Source: Hyphochytrium catenoides (Eukaryota > Protista > Hyphochytriomycota). From it: 64,000 nt of DNA. The notes beneath the pieces were generated by a model that was not told where the DNA came from, searched no databases, and saw nothing but the letters and a program-made list of their open reading frames with translations. The position numbers and the translations under genes were made by a program. This document shows, piece by piece, positions 37,678 to 50,781 of this stretch; position 1 is the first letter of the stretch, and each line of letters starts with the position of its first letter. The stretch is from NCBI GenBank assembly GCA_900088475.1, contig FLMG01002622.1, forward strand, positions 62,001-126,000, written 5' to 3'.

Positions 37678-38021
37678 NNNNNNNNNNNNNNNNNNNNNNN
37701 NNNNNNNNNNNTCTCTCTCTCTCTCTCTCTCGCTATTTGGGCTGTCTCTCTCTGTCTGAGTAAGGTTTGACCTACTTACCGTTGGCTGTTCTCTGATGGC
37801 GAGAGCAAACGCTGTTAGAAGAGCCGGAAGAGGCATTTTCCCCTCCTCATCCGTTGGAAGACCCAAGAGAACCCGCTCTAGATGATTCTGAACCGGGAGA
37901 ATGAGCAGAAGAGAGACGCAGAGACGCAGCGCGAAAAGAATAGAGAGGAAGGGATAGAGATAGAGAGAGAGAGAGAGAGAGAGAAGGGAAGAGAGAGAGA
38001 GAGAAAGAGAGAGAGAAGGGA

Positions 38022-38061
<40 letters not shown>

Positions 38062-38317
38062 TACGAGGGGACGAGTGAGAAAGAAAAATGGTGTGCTAAC
38101 AAGAGCAAGAAAGAGAGAGAGAGAGATGTATCTAACATCAAAGCAGACTCAGTGATCAGGCTACGGGCAGGCGGCAGAATGTCTCAGACACATCTAAGGC
38201 ACAAGACGGCAGAGAAGGAGCGAAGGGTCTGGAGAGAAGAAAGAGAAAGAGGATATAGCGGGAAGAAATGGGAGACAGCAAACGGCATCTGAAGAAAGGA
38301 GAGGGGAGACAGCGTGT

Positions 38318-38354
<37 letters not shown>

Positions 38355-39325
38355 CGGTATAAGAGAAAGAGGAGAGAAAGAGAGAAAGAGAGAAAGAGGG
38401 GAAGTCTTGGCGTTGAAGGGAAGAGACGGAAGGCGTCCGAGAGAACAAAGCTGGTTCATCCTACTCCGTGTTTTATTCCTTTGGGGCAGACGTCTGCCAG
38501 CTTATACCCGAGATAACGGTTGAATTCGGGAAAGGAGGCCCTCCCAGACGGAAAAAAGGAGGGCAGATGCGCGGCCAAGTCATCGTAAATCTCTCCACTT
38601 TGGACCCGGCAAAGGTGGAGAGGGAGAGAGGGAGAAAGAGGATAGAGAGAGAGAAAGAAAGGGAGAGAAACGGAGAGAGAGAAGCGGGAGTGAGAGAGAG
38701 CAATGAGGAAAGGGAGACAGAGCAATGAGACAAGGGAGAGAGAGCCCGAGTACTCAACGAAGGGATTATATAGGTTTTAAGAAGAACGAGGGAGAAAGTC
38801 AGAGAGTAATGGTAGGGAGACAAAGGGGAAGAAGAGAGACAGAACGAGAGAGACAGAACTAGGCCGAAAAATAAAGCTCAGAGGGGCCTGTGTCTAGCCA
38901 CCATCTAGGCTTTTACATCGGTCACCCAGACAAGCATCAGCATAGCAACGAGCACCAAGAGAATAGACCGAGGGAAAGAGAGAGAGACCTGATGTTATTT
39001 CCGGTCCTCAGTTCCCAAGCTTCATAAGGCGCTATCACCGCTCTGTCTGCCACGTTGTTCTGCACTTCCTCGAAGTTTTTCTTAGAAGCGAAGGTTCTCC
39101 ATATATAAAAGCCTAAGAATCCCACTCCTAGCCCGAGAGGGATGAAAGGATTCCGAGAGAAGAATCCTGGCTGATAGGCCTCCTTCTCTCCTCCTCCAAA
39201 ACTCTCTCCTCCTGGCTGTTGAGCCACCTGCTGGTTCTTGGAGCCAGGGCAAGAGAGAGAGAGAGAGGGAGAGGAGAGGAAAAAGAGACAGAATGACCAC
39301 CCAGAGAGAAGAAAAAGGGCGCGCG

Positions 39326-39374
<49 letters not shown>

Positions 39375-39696
39375 AGGCATATAGTAGAGAGCAAGGCGTC
39401 CGCCGGAGAGGAGAAGCGGGAGGCGATGAAGCGGGCAGAGACAGAAAGAGAGTGTTGGAGAGGCCAGAGATAAAAATAGGGGAAAAGAAAGATGAAAGGA
39501 TTAAGGCTACGGTGAGGAGAGGAGACGAAGCTAGAATAGAACGTAGGAGAAGAAGTGACAGAGATAATGAAGTCTGCCAACGCCAAATTTCTGTGCCAAT
39601 GCAACTTACGAGTCTCTTCCCAGACGTCTGAAAGTGTCTTGTTTGTCTCACTCTCTGGAGTGTCCTGGGCCCAACCCGGCTGACGAAGAGGGGCAT
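36141..39696 (-). CDS. Uncharacterised protein with a mitochondrial-type presequence, one TM helix and a C-terminal CVWGEC motif (7 exons)
   Basis: Phase-consistent exons at ~39696-39610, 39236-38989, 38597-38466, 37887-37780, 37359-37278, 37039-36891 and 36318-36141. Arg-rich, acid-free N-terminus; TM segment FIPLGLGVGFLGFYIW. Confidence 0.78.
39319..39341. repeat. (GC)11 alternating tract abutting (GA)n
   Basis: Directly visible, in intron 1 of the 36141-39696 gene. Confidence 0.95.
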
Positions 39697-42155
39697 CTTT
39701 CTTTCTCTTCTATGACGCTACTCGACCCTGCTGTCTCCTCCTCAACACTAGAGACCGGAAGTGATCGAGAGGAGGGAGATGGAGCTCTGAAGAGATAAGG
39801 AGAACGGCGAGTCCTTGCTTAGGACTGAGCTAGAAAAATGGTAAAGAAAGGTGACGGGAGAGACAGGGAACTTTGTTGAAAGTTGTTGAGCGACTGTCGA
39901 GCTACCTTGACACAAGAGAGAAAGAGATTTAAAGACAACGAGCTCGGGAGGGAGGGGGAGTGAAAGAGAGGGAGGGACAGAGAGAGAGAGAGACCAAGAG
40001 GGAGAGAGAGACCAAGAGAGAGAAAGAACCAAGAGAGAGAGAGACCACGAGAGAGAGAGAGAGAGAATGCTGACCTTCTTTTGTCTCTTCCCCTCATTCT
40101 GAAGCTTTCTAGTTGGGGGAGAGAGACCCTGAAGAGATTCTCATTGTCAAGGAATGATTACTGCGCAATAATCAATCTGTGGTTCCAATTATCAGTGCTT
40201 TGTATCTGATCTTTCCTGCTATTAAGTAGGACTCCGCTATTTAGATTCTCAAGGATTTGTTACATATTGCTCACAAGGATTTTTTGGCGATAGGATACCG
40301 TTAAATAGGTAAAACATACCCTCCCTACAAATCACTCGATAGCGGACGTAGTACCCACTGACGAGGGGTGTGTCATATATACTTAAGGCTGTAATACATA
40401 AGGATCACTTTATTGGGGGATTGGCCTCAGTGGCTGCGAATCATTGGCTGGTGGCAGGGCTGCCAGTCATTTCTGTGGGGGAATTACAGAAAGTGGAGAG
40501 AGAGAGAGAGAAGAGAGAGANNNNNNNNNNNNNNNNNNNNNNNNNNNNNNNNGAGAGAGAGAGAGAGAGAGAGAGAGAAATAAGAGTCGGCACAAGCCGA
40601 AGAAATTGACTGATAGATGGACCGACAGAGGTATAATAGAGAGAAGACAGATTGATGGAGAGAGAGAAAGAGGAGCTGGGTGATCCAGAGAGAGAGAGAG
40701 ATACAGAGAGACACAAAGAGAGAGAGACTGGAAGAGAGAGATTAAGAGAGCATATCTCAGTGAGATGAAGGATGTTTGGTTGGTGAAGCTTCACAATCTC
40801 TTTCTCTCTCCGGAAAAATTAGCAGGCTCATCTTCACTTTGAAGATCAGTCTCTTTCTTAATAGAAACCATGGCCAAGCCTCAAGAGAAGCAACCGTACA
40901 TCGATAGTCGTGCCAGTCTGGCCTCTCTTGCGGGGCTGGAGAGAGAGAGAGAGAATCTCTTCCTCTCTCTCTCTCTCTCTCTCTGGCGCCCATGAGAGAG
41001 ACAGCGGTGCCTTGAATATGATGGAGAATGTCAGCAGCCCTTCAGGTCGAACTGGGATTGCCATTTTTCATCCCTTTCCTCCTCTTCTCTCCTGGCATAA
41101 GGGCGAAAGTGGAGAGAGAGAGAGAGAGACCATGCCGTTCTTCTCTCTCTCCTTGTCGAAAAGGGTAGAGAGATTAGAGAAAGACTCCCTCGTTTCTTTC
41201 TTCTGGAGTGGCAACCAGAGAAGAAAGCACAGCTCTAACCGGCTTGTGTGGAGTTTCTCTTCCTCTTTATCTCTTAAGGAGGGAGAGAGAGCGGTGTAGG
41301 TCTACTCTCTCTCTTCTTTCTCTCTCTTTCTTTTCTTTCTTCTGTCCCGTTTGCCCAGGAGAGAGAGAGAGGAAAGGAAGGTCCCTTGCTTGGACATTCT
41401 GGGTGAAAGTACTCTGCTTTCTATGGCGTTTCTCTCTCTTTCAGATCTCTCCCAGTGGGAAAAAAGATCTCTTCTTTCTTTCGTTTTTCTGTGCTTCCTG
41501 GGAAGATAGGGGAGAAGAGGAAAGAGAGGTTACGTTGCTGTCTGTTCTCTCTTGAAGACTCTCTCTCACTTCTTAGGCTCTCCTCTTCTTTTGTCTCTTT
41601 CTCTCTCCTCTTTTTCACTGTTTGCCACTTGTTGTATGAACGCAGAGCAAGGAGAAGAGAGAAAGAGGGCTGGGAACAGCTTTCTCTCTCTCTCTCTCTG
41701 CGCCTTGTGATGCATACCTGGTGGCTTCAAACGGAGAAAAAGAGACGAGGAAAGAAGACAGACCGAGGAAAGAGTCTATGAGAGAAGAGAGAGAGAGAAC
41801 AATGACGTTAAAAGCGCTGTAATCTTTCTCTTTCAATCTCTTCTCTCTTTCTCTCCTGGGGAAGGAGGTGAGAGTAAGGACTCTTTTTGGGTCTTTTCTC
41901 TCTAAATCTATGCGTTAGCGCCTGGTTAGAAATGACTGGGAAACCATAGCTGGCGCTTCTCTCAGTTTGTGGCAAGAGAGAGAGAGAAGAAGAGAGAGAC
42001 TTTCTCTCTCTTGCGTCTCTCTCTCTCTTCCAGCACTCTGAGGAACATGTTGTGTGTGGATACGTCTCATGTCACTGTTAGCCTAAGAGGGTTGCCCATT
42101 CTTTCTCCCTTCTCTCTTGTCCTCTCTCTCTTTCTCTCTCTCTTGGCTCCCTCAG

Positions 42156-43842
42156 GCTGTGGTGAAAAGACTCCACTCCAATGAAATGTATGCACTGGAG
42201 GACAGGGGAAGAGGGTTTCTCTCTCTCGCGAGAGAGTCTGATGGGTGGAGAGAAACTCCTAAGAGGCTTTACTGCCAGCAGCAGGAGGAAATCACACCTA
42301 CTCCCCCTCCTTCTCTCTCTCCCTGTTTTTTTCTCTCTCTCTCTTTCACTTGTAGGCTCGTCCCTGAGTCCGTGCTGAAGAAGCGCCGCACCCTTGACCA
42401 GATCAAGGCCAAGCGTGCTGCTCTTGCTCAGGCAGAGAAGAAGGTAGAGAAAGAGAGAGAGATGAATGTCTCTCCCTTTTTGTCCGTCTCACGCACTTCT
42501 GTCTCTTTCTCTGTCTCTCTCTTATAGAACCGCAAGGTCAAGCGCGAGATCGCCTTCAAGAGCGCTGAGAAGTATGTGAAGGAGTACCGCGCTGTAAGTT
42601 CCACTCTCATCCTCTTTCTTCTGTTCAGCCTTACTCTCTCTCTCTCTCTCTCTCCTTCCCGCACATATCTCTTTCATACGTACTGACTTTGTCCAGCTGC
42701 GTTCTCTCTCACTCATCGTTGCACAGAGTTATTGGTGTCTTCTCTCTCTCTTTTCTCATCATCACCAGTTAACCAATTTCTCTCTCTCTCTGACTCTTTT
42801 TTACAATGACCTCTCTCTTTCTCTCTCTCTCTCTCTCTCTTTTTTCAGATGGAGAACTCCATGATCCGCCTGCGCCGCCAGGCCAAGGCTGCTGGAAACT
42901 TCTACGTTCCTCCTGAGGCCAAGCTCGCCTTTGTCATCCGTATCCGCGGTATCATCGGCGTCTCTCCCAAGGTCAAGAAGATCTTGCAGCTTCTCAGATT
43001 GAGACAGATCCACAACGGAACCTTCGTGAAGCTCAACCAGGTGAGAGGGGAGAGGAGACAAGAGAGAGAGAGAAATGAGAGAGAGAGAGAAGAGTTAGCG
43101 AAACGCTATGGAAAGACGCCGTAGAATCTCATTTAAGATGTAGGAAGGGAGGGCCGATCTACCAACCTAACCCTTTTTGTCTCTCTCTCTCTCTTTATTT
43201 TCTACTCTCTCTCTCACGTGCGCTGTGCTTTATGTTCTCCCTCTCTTTCTCTCTCTCTCTCTCTCTCCTTCACAGGCCACCATTAACATGTTGAACTGGG
43301 TCGAGCCTTACGTGGCTTACGGCTACCCTTCCCTGAAGAGCGTGAAGGAGCTCATCTACAAGCGCGGCTATGGCAAGGTCCGCGGACAGAGGATCCCTCT
43401 CACTGACAATGCCATCATCGAGAAGCAGCTCGGCAGAAACGGTAAAGAAAGTCTCTCTCTCTCCCCCTCTCTCTCTTCTCCTGCACACATTCCCTCTTTC
43501 TCTTTCTCTCTCTCCCTATCCAAGGATTTTCTTTTCATGTTTATTTCTTTGTCGTTGTGAGCTTCCCTCTTCTTCTATTCTTTTCCCTAAACATCTTTCT
43601 TTCTTTCTCTCTCTCTCTCTCTCACACACTCTCTCTCTCTAGGCATCATCTGCATGGAAGACCTCATCCACGAGATCTACACCGTGGGCCCTCACTTCAA
43701 GGAGGCAAACAACTTCCTCTGGCCGTTCAAGCTTTCTTCTCCTAACGGAGGATTCAAGGAGAAGCTGCTGCACTTCAACGAGGGAGGAGACCACGGACAG
43801 AGAGGAGATGAGATCAACAAGCTCATCACCAAGATGCTATAA
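42156..43842 (+). CDS. RPL7: 60S ribosomal protein L7 (uL30); exons ~42156-42187, 42356-42443, 42528-42593, 42849-43040, 43276-43441, 43643-43842; exact start uncertain
   Basis: Spliced product [10 protein letters not shown]...[20 protein letters not shown]...[16 protein letters not shown]...[10 protein letters not shown]...[34 protein letters not shown]. Confidence 0.97.
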
Positions 43843-45053
43843 GAGAGAGACACAGAGAAGAGAAACGAGTGATGGAGAGAGAGAGAGAGAAATTGGTCTC
43901 TTTCTCTTTCTTGCACTTGTCCGTTCTCTTATTCTCAACTTATAAAGGAGAGAGAAGTATATATAATGAAGTCTGGCCGCTTCATAAACACCGCAGTGTT
44001 TGCGTCTCTCTCTATTTCTTTTCTCTCTCTCTCTCTCTACTTTCTTTTCTCTCTCTCTCTCACACCTAGTGATCCCCGTCCTAACCAGGGCCTGCAGAGA
44101 TATCCCACTCTCAGGTTCTCAAATAGACGGGGAAGAAGAAAGAAATGTCATTATCTAGCCGACTGTTCTCTCTCTTTGAACAGCTGGTTTGTTACGCATC
44201 CGACAGCTTCTCTCTCTCTCTCTTCCAAAAGCTTTCTCTCGCTTCAGCATCTTTCACTTGTCCAACTTTCTGTCTTCTGTGCGTCCTGACCGAGAGAGAG
44301 AGAAAGAATGCAAGAAATCAGGTTATTAAGACGGAACGGAACGTCTTTGAAATAAAAAAGAGATTAAAAAGACCTAGAGCAAGTTCCTGATGCGCCGCCT
44401 CGTCTCTCTCCTTCCTCAGCCGTTTGCCTTGATAGGACTTCTCTCTCTCTCTCTCTCCTACAAGTAATTAGAACTTCTCTATTAGCCTGTTGTCAACCTG
44501 ATTCCTTAGTCTCTGTTCTATCATAATCATTAGGAGAGGTCCTCTTTCTTTCTTTCTCTCTCTCTCTCTCTCTTCGCAGAGTTTATCGTGGCCCCACTGC
44601 TTTCTGCTATTACCGAAGGGAAGGGAGTGCTCACAGCAAGACAGAGAAAGAATCACATATATGCTTTGAACGCAATGATTTTTCTTCTCTCTTCCTCGTT
44701 CTCTCTCCTCACCGTGCATCTCTCTTTGTCTATTAGATTAGGGCTTCTACTCCCTCTCTTGTCTCTTGTTTCTCTCTCTCTCTTCCATTTTGCTACTTTC
44801 GAGAGCCCTTCATCAAATCCTTCTCTCTTTGTCCCTTTCTTCGCCTTGACCTGTCTGCAACTTTGTAGCTTATGCTTCCCCTTCTTTCTCTTTCTCTCTC
44901 TCTCTCTCCACCTTAACCTCTCTGAACTTTGTAGCTTATGCTTCCCCTTCTTTCTCTCTCTCTCTCTGTCTCTCTCTCTCTCTCTNNNNNNNNNNNNNNN
45001 NNNNNNNNNNNNNNNNNNNNNNNNNNNNNNNNNNNNNNNNNNNNNNNNNNNNN

Positions 45054-45093
<40 letters not shown>

Positions 45094-45100
45094 AGCTGGC

Positions 45101-45514
45101 TCAAGGCGCAACCTTCTGTGTGAATCTATTGAACGTGATGAGCAGGAAAGGGCTGAGCGCGTCCACCGCGGGCTTTCCAAGCGCGCTCTTCTCTAATCTC
45201 TGGAGCATTACGACAGTGTTATGCTGGACCGTCACTGAAGGATGGAGGAGGCCTACGGCCAGAGGATGGAGACCGCCTTGGGACTCGGGGAGGTAAGAGA
45301 GAGAGAGAGAGAGAGAGAGTTAAGGAGAGACAACCGCGGTGGAGAGAGAGAGAGAAAGAGGAGAGAGTGTGAGAGAGAGAGAAAGGGGGGGTTGAGGTTA
45401 TGAGGTGAAGAAAGAGAGACAGACAGACAGACAGAGAAGGTAGAATAGGGAGTTGCGCGAGCCTGATGAAGGGAAGAAAGAGAGAGAGAAGGATGAAAGA
45501 GCGAGAGAACACAC

Positions 45515-45562
<48 letters not shown>

Positions 45563-45619
45563 NNNNNNNNNNNNNNNNNNNNNNNNNNNNNNNNNNNNNN
45601 NNNNNNNNNNNNNNNNNNN

Positions 45620-45652
<33 letters not shown>

Positions 45653-46592
45653 AAGAGAGAGAAAGAAAGAGTCGATGGGTAGGATATGTAACATAGAAGC
45701 TCCTTGATGTCTTCTTCTTCCTTCAGAAGAGAGACAAAGTCCGTAAAGATTCTCTCCACTTCTTCCTCTCCCAGGCCCCGCCGGCTACTCAGCCGACGGA
45801 GGTGGCGGCGAAGATCTACACCCGCAACTGAGCGCTGAAGAGAGAGAACATGAGAGAGAGGGAAGAGGGATGTGAGAGAAAATTGAGGGAGAGAGAGGGA
45901 AACTGCGGGGAGAGAAAGAGAGAGTGAGAGACAGAGAGAGATGATGACCCGGGATAACCAGAGAGAAGGAGAAGGGCAGAGAATTTACAGCAGGAGAAGG
46001 AGGGTTGTGGGAAGATAGGTTGAAAGAGAGAGACACTGCAAAAGGAGAGAGAAGAGAGTGAGAAGACAGAAATGAGAGAGGGCGGGTGGAAGGAAGAGAG
46101 ACAGAAAGATGAGAGGGATACTAATGGGGAGGAGGAGAGAGAGAAGAGCGAGACAGATCATTCTCCTTACATTGAAGGCCTTCGAAGAGGACGCAGAAAG
46201 AGGAGAGGACGTAGAGGAGAGAGGAGATGAAGAGAGAGAGAGAAAGACGTTGTCATATGTGTTCGTCTGTTTCCAGGCCTCCACCCGCGGGCCGTTCACT
46301 TGCCACGCCATCTCTTTCACTTCCGGAGAAGAGAACTCACTGAGATCAAAGGCTAGCTCTACGATAGTCTAGAGACCGAGAGAGCGAGAGGCAAGAGAGA
46401 GAGAGAGAGAGAGGCAAGAGAGAGAGAGAGAGACACACACACAGAGAAGGGCAAGGAGAAGGGAGACAAAAGATGAGGGAGACAACGAGAGAGAGATTTG
46501 TTTAAGAGAAGGAGGAGGAAGCTTATATAATTACATAGGTAAAGAGATAGCTAGTAAAAAGAGAGAGGAAAACAGCTTAATAGTAAGAAAGT

Positions 46593-46657
<65 letters not shown>

Positions 46658-47161
46658 AGAGGGGCAGAGACAACCAGCGCACCGAAGGATAGAGAGGCGT
46701 TCAAAAATGCTTCAGAGATTACGGAGACGAAGGAGGACGAGAAAGAAAGAGCAAGAGAGGAAACAAACGAGAGAAAAGCGGAATCGACTGACAGAGAGAG
46801 AGAGAGAGAGAGAAAGAGAGTCTCTCGTTGGTACCTTCTCGGTGTAATAGTGGAACATATTCTTAGCCCAATCGACGCCGTGGCCGGCCTTCAGCCCTTC
46901 CAGGACGCGAGAGATAAAATCCTTGTCCAGCGCAGCGAAGGGAGGAGGATCATTTTCCTCCTGAGCTGAAGAGAGAAGCGAGGAGAAGGAAATAAGTTGC
47001 CGGAGTCTATAAGGGCGGGGGGAGGGGGAGAGAGAAAGAGAAAGAGAGAGAGGGAGAGAGAGAGAAAGAAACAGAGAGCAAGAGCGAAGGGGAGGCGCCA
47101 TCACACCCCCCGATAGAATGGGATGCGGGGCGGAAGAGAGAGAGAGACAAAGAGAGAGCGA

Positions 47162-47203
<42 letters not shown>

Positions 47204-47468
47204 AGTGGAAGAGCCGACCGTACCACTGGTAATAGTGCCTGTGTTTATGTCAGCGAGGATGTCCCACCACTCTTTCTTAGAGAGAAACATTGGGTTCGTC
47301 ACACCAGCGAGGTATCCCGGCACAGAAAGAAAGGAAAGATCTGTCAAGTGTGCGATCCTTGGGAGAGAAAGAGAGAACAGGAGGAGGAGAGAGGATATGA
47401 GGACAGAGACAGAGAGGATATGAGGACAGAGAGAGAGAGGATATATGAGAACAGAGAGAGAGAGAGAA

Positions 47469-47518
<50 letters not shown>

Positions 47519-47848
47519 TGTTAGAGCCGAAGACGGAGAGAGAGCAGAGAGGGGAGAAGAAAAGCTAGAGAAAGAGGAGAGAGAGAGAGGTAGGAAGAGA
47601 GAGGGGTGATAGGGAAAGAAGAGAGAAGACAGAGGTTTAGGAGGCAGAGAAGGTAAAAAGCTAAAAGGAGAACAGCTTTAGAACGCTGGACCCAGGCAAC
47701 CCATCATAAAAGATAAGGAAGCCTCGAGCAAAGGTAGTGAGAACACGGAGGAGACAATATGAGAGAGACAGAGAGAAAAGAGCAGAGAGATTCGAGACAA
47801 GAAATGAGGGAGAGAGAGACAGAGAGAGACAGAAAGAAAGAGAGAGAA

Positions 47849-47881
<33 letters not shown>

Positions 47882-49322
47882 ACAGAGAGAGAGAGAGGGA
47901 GATGGAATCAAGTGCAACACTTACGGGTACATCCTATGGATAATACCTTCCAACGGTGGACAGAGGAGAACCGCAGTCGCCATGACCAGAGAGCAGAGTT
48001 TCCCTGGATTTTCGATATTGAAAGGCCTTGTCAGCGGTAAGGCCGAGACACTCATTCTTTCTCTCTCTCTTCCCCTTTCTTCTCTTTCTTTCTCTCTCTC
48101 GCCGGCGCTGGTCGTTTGTCGCAAGTTTCCTAACCCTGCGCACTGTCTCTCTTGATAGTCTTTTCCAAACGTGTCTCTCTTAAAATCCCTCTGCTCGGTT
48201 GCCATTCTTAGACCATCCTCTTCTTATTCTTTCTCTCTCTTTCTCGCTCGCTCGCTCGCTCTCTCGTTTTCTCCCTTTCTCTTCCTCGTCTATCGTCCTC
48301 TCTCCCTCATTTCCCTTCTTCTCTCAAGCATTCCTGGTAGCTGACTTTCTCTCTCTCTTTGCTGATCTCCTCTGGACTTCCTTTCTCTCTTGGTCCTCTC
48401 TCTCTCTTGGCTCTCTCTCTCTCTCTCTTTCCCAGTTCTCTTCTTTCTCTCTCTGTCTCGTCTCTCTGGTTCTGCCTTTCTTTGTCCCACCTGCTGGTGC
48501 GTTGTGTCCTACAAAGAGGACTCTCTTCCCCATGAGAATGGCATTGTAGATCATCATCACATCCTCTCCAAACGTCTGAAGGAGGTCGACGAGAGACGCG
48601 TAGCCAACCTGGGAAAGAGAAATGGAGAGGAAAAAAGAGAGGGAGAGAGAGAGAGTAGCATATTCAAGAGAGAGAGAGAGTTGGAAAGTGTTACCCAAAG
48701 AGAGAAAGACTGGAGGTATTTCTCTCTTCCCTGGTAGGCAATGTCAATTCTAATCTCTCTCTTCAGTACCTTGCATTGCACTTTCTATCGCTTCAGCTCC
48801 ATGACAAGCGCGTTCTTGCTTGACCTTCGAAGTCTTCTATTTTCTCACTCTCTCTCTCTCTCTCTCTCGCTCCCCTCTCCGACTCTCGTACAGGTCACAG
48901 ATAAACTTCTCTCCCTCTCTGTCTCTAAAACCTCTGTCTCTCTCTCACTTCCTCTGAGCATGTCTGACTTCCTCTGAGCATGTCTGTCTTCCTCTTCATA
49001 GTTCTTCCCTATATTCCCTGTGCCTGAGTACTGTCTCTTTCTCTTTCTCTTTCTCTCTCTCTCTCTCACTCTCCTTGTCTGTCTCTCCGTCTCTTCCTCG
49101 CTCTTCTCCTCAGTCTCTCTCTCTCCTGTGTGTACGGTGTGTCTCTCTCACCTCATCTGGACTGCGATCGAGCGGGATCTTGAGAGGGACAAGAGAGCCT
49201 TCCCAATCCGCTGTCGTCTCGAAATATCGAGCCACAGGGAGCTTTCTCTCTCCTCCTGTTCCCTAGAAAGTGTACATAGGATAAAATTAGATTTTTCTTC
49301 ATCAGCGCACCCATTCGAGCCC

Positions 49323-49379
<57 letters not shown>

Positions 49380-50287
49380 CTCTCTCTCTCCCTCTCTCTC
49401 TCTCTTCTTTTTGTGCGAGCTCTAAGCTCCTGCATCCTGAAACACCCAATGCAGGCATTCATCCGCCCTAAACCCTTGCCCAGCTTTGATCTTCCTCTCT
49501 CTCTTCCGTTCTCTCTCCTTTTACTATCTCTCTCTTTCTTTCTCTCTTTCGCTTTTCTCTCTCCCAAACAAGATGTTTCTCTCTATCATACCATCGGAGC
49601 TGTACCCGGCGTCCATCTTCTAATAAAGAGACGGTCGATGGGAGATGAAGGAGGGAGAGAAGAGAAATCGATGGAGTTGAGGACTTTGAAGAGAGAAGCG
49701 AGTATCTCTCTCTGAGTCTCAACAGAAGAGGGAGAAGGGAGAGAGAACGCCTTGTCCAGCGCTTGTCGGATGATGTCACGGTATTCGAAAACCACCTGCA
49801 GAAGGCAGGGAAAGAAAGAGGGACAGAGAGTAGAGAGAAGAGAGAGAGAGAAAAGAAAGAAGGGGCGGAGCGAGAGGGCGAGAGCGAGAAGGGAGACAGA
49901 GAGAACAGACGGAGAGAGAGGGAGGGAGAGAAAGAGAGGAAGCCAGTGAAAGAATGAGAAAGAGAGGCATGTTAGAGAGAGCGAGAAAGCATCCGTGAGA
50001 AGAAGAAAGAGCCAGAGAGCGGTTGGCAGATAGGAACATGACTGAGAAAGCTTCAAGGAAGAGCGAGAGACAGACAGGTCAACTGAGATAAGGAATGGTG
50101 TGGGATGAGAGAAAAAGGAGAAAGAGAGATAGAAGAAAAAAGAAAAAGAGAGAGAGAGAGAAGTAAAGACAGAGTTGATAGCCAAAATGCTATAAAAAGA
50201 ACAAGAGCAACTGGCAGGAAACAGTATGTAAGAAAGGAGAGCGACAGTGTCAGCTACAGACTTTCTCCGTCTCCTCTGTTGGCCATG

Positions 50288-50319
<32 letters not shown>

Positions 50320-50505
50320 CTCCCCTTTTTGCTTTCTCTCTCTCTTCTCTTCCTGGAGACAATCGTGGCACCTGATCCTTGGCGCAGACTGCGATCGCTT
50401 TCACAGTTGCTCCTCTGCGGACGGAGCTGTCGTGCTTGGTTCGGACCAAATTCATGCAGTACAGCAGTTGTCCGCCTGAACAGAGAGAAGAGCGAGAGGG
50501 AGACA

Positions 50506-50562
<57 letters not shown>

Positions 50563-50726
50563 GTAAGAGAAGGCTAAAGACGATCATCGAAGGGGGAATC
50601 GCATAGAGGAATTTATGCCTTTCATAGAGGAGAAGGAAAAAGGATAGAGAGGATAGAGAGAGGCACACATAGGGGAAGAGAGAGAAAGAAGGAGACAGAG
50701 AGAGAGAGAGAGAAATAGAGAGAGAA

Positions 50727-50781
<55 letters not shown>

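Noticed and set aside
40750-41300. Possible small gene upstream of RPL7
   Set aside because: The frames are short and inconsistent, and no motif is recognisable.
42594-43275. Intronic snoRNAs in RPL7
   Set aside because: No convincing C/D or H/ACA box arrangement is visible.
45094-45196. Apparent plus-strand terminal exon
   Set aside because: It is the antisense of the conserved last exon of the Afi1-like gene.
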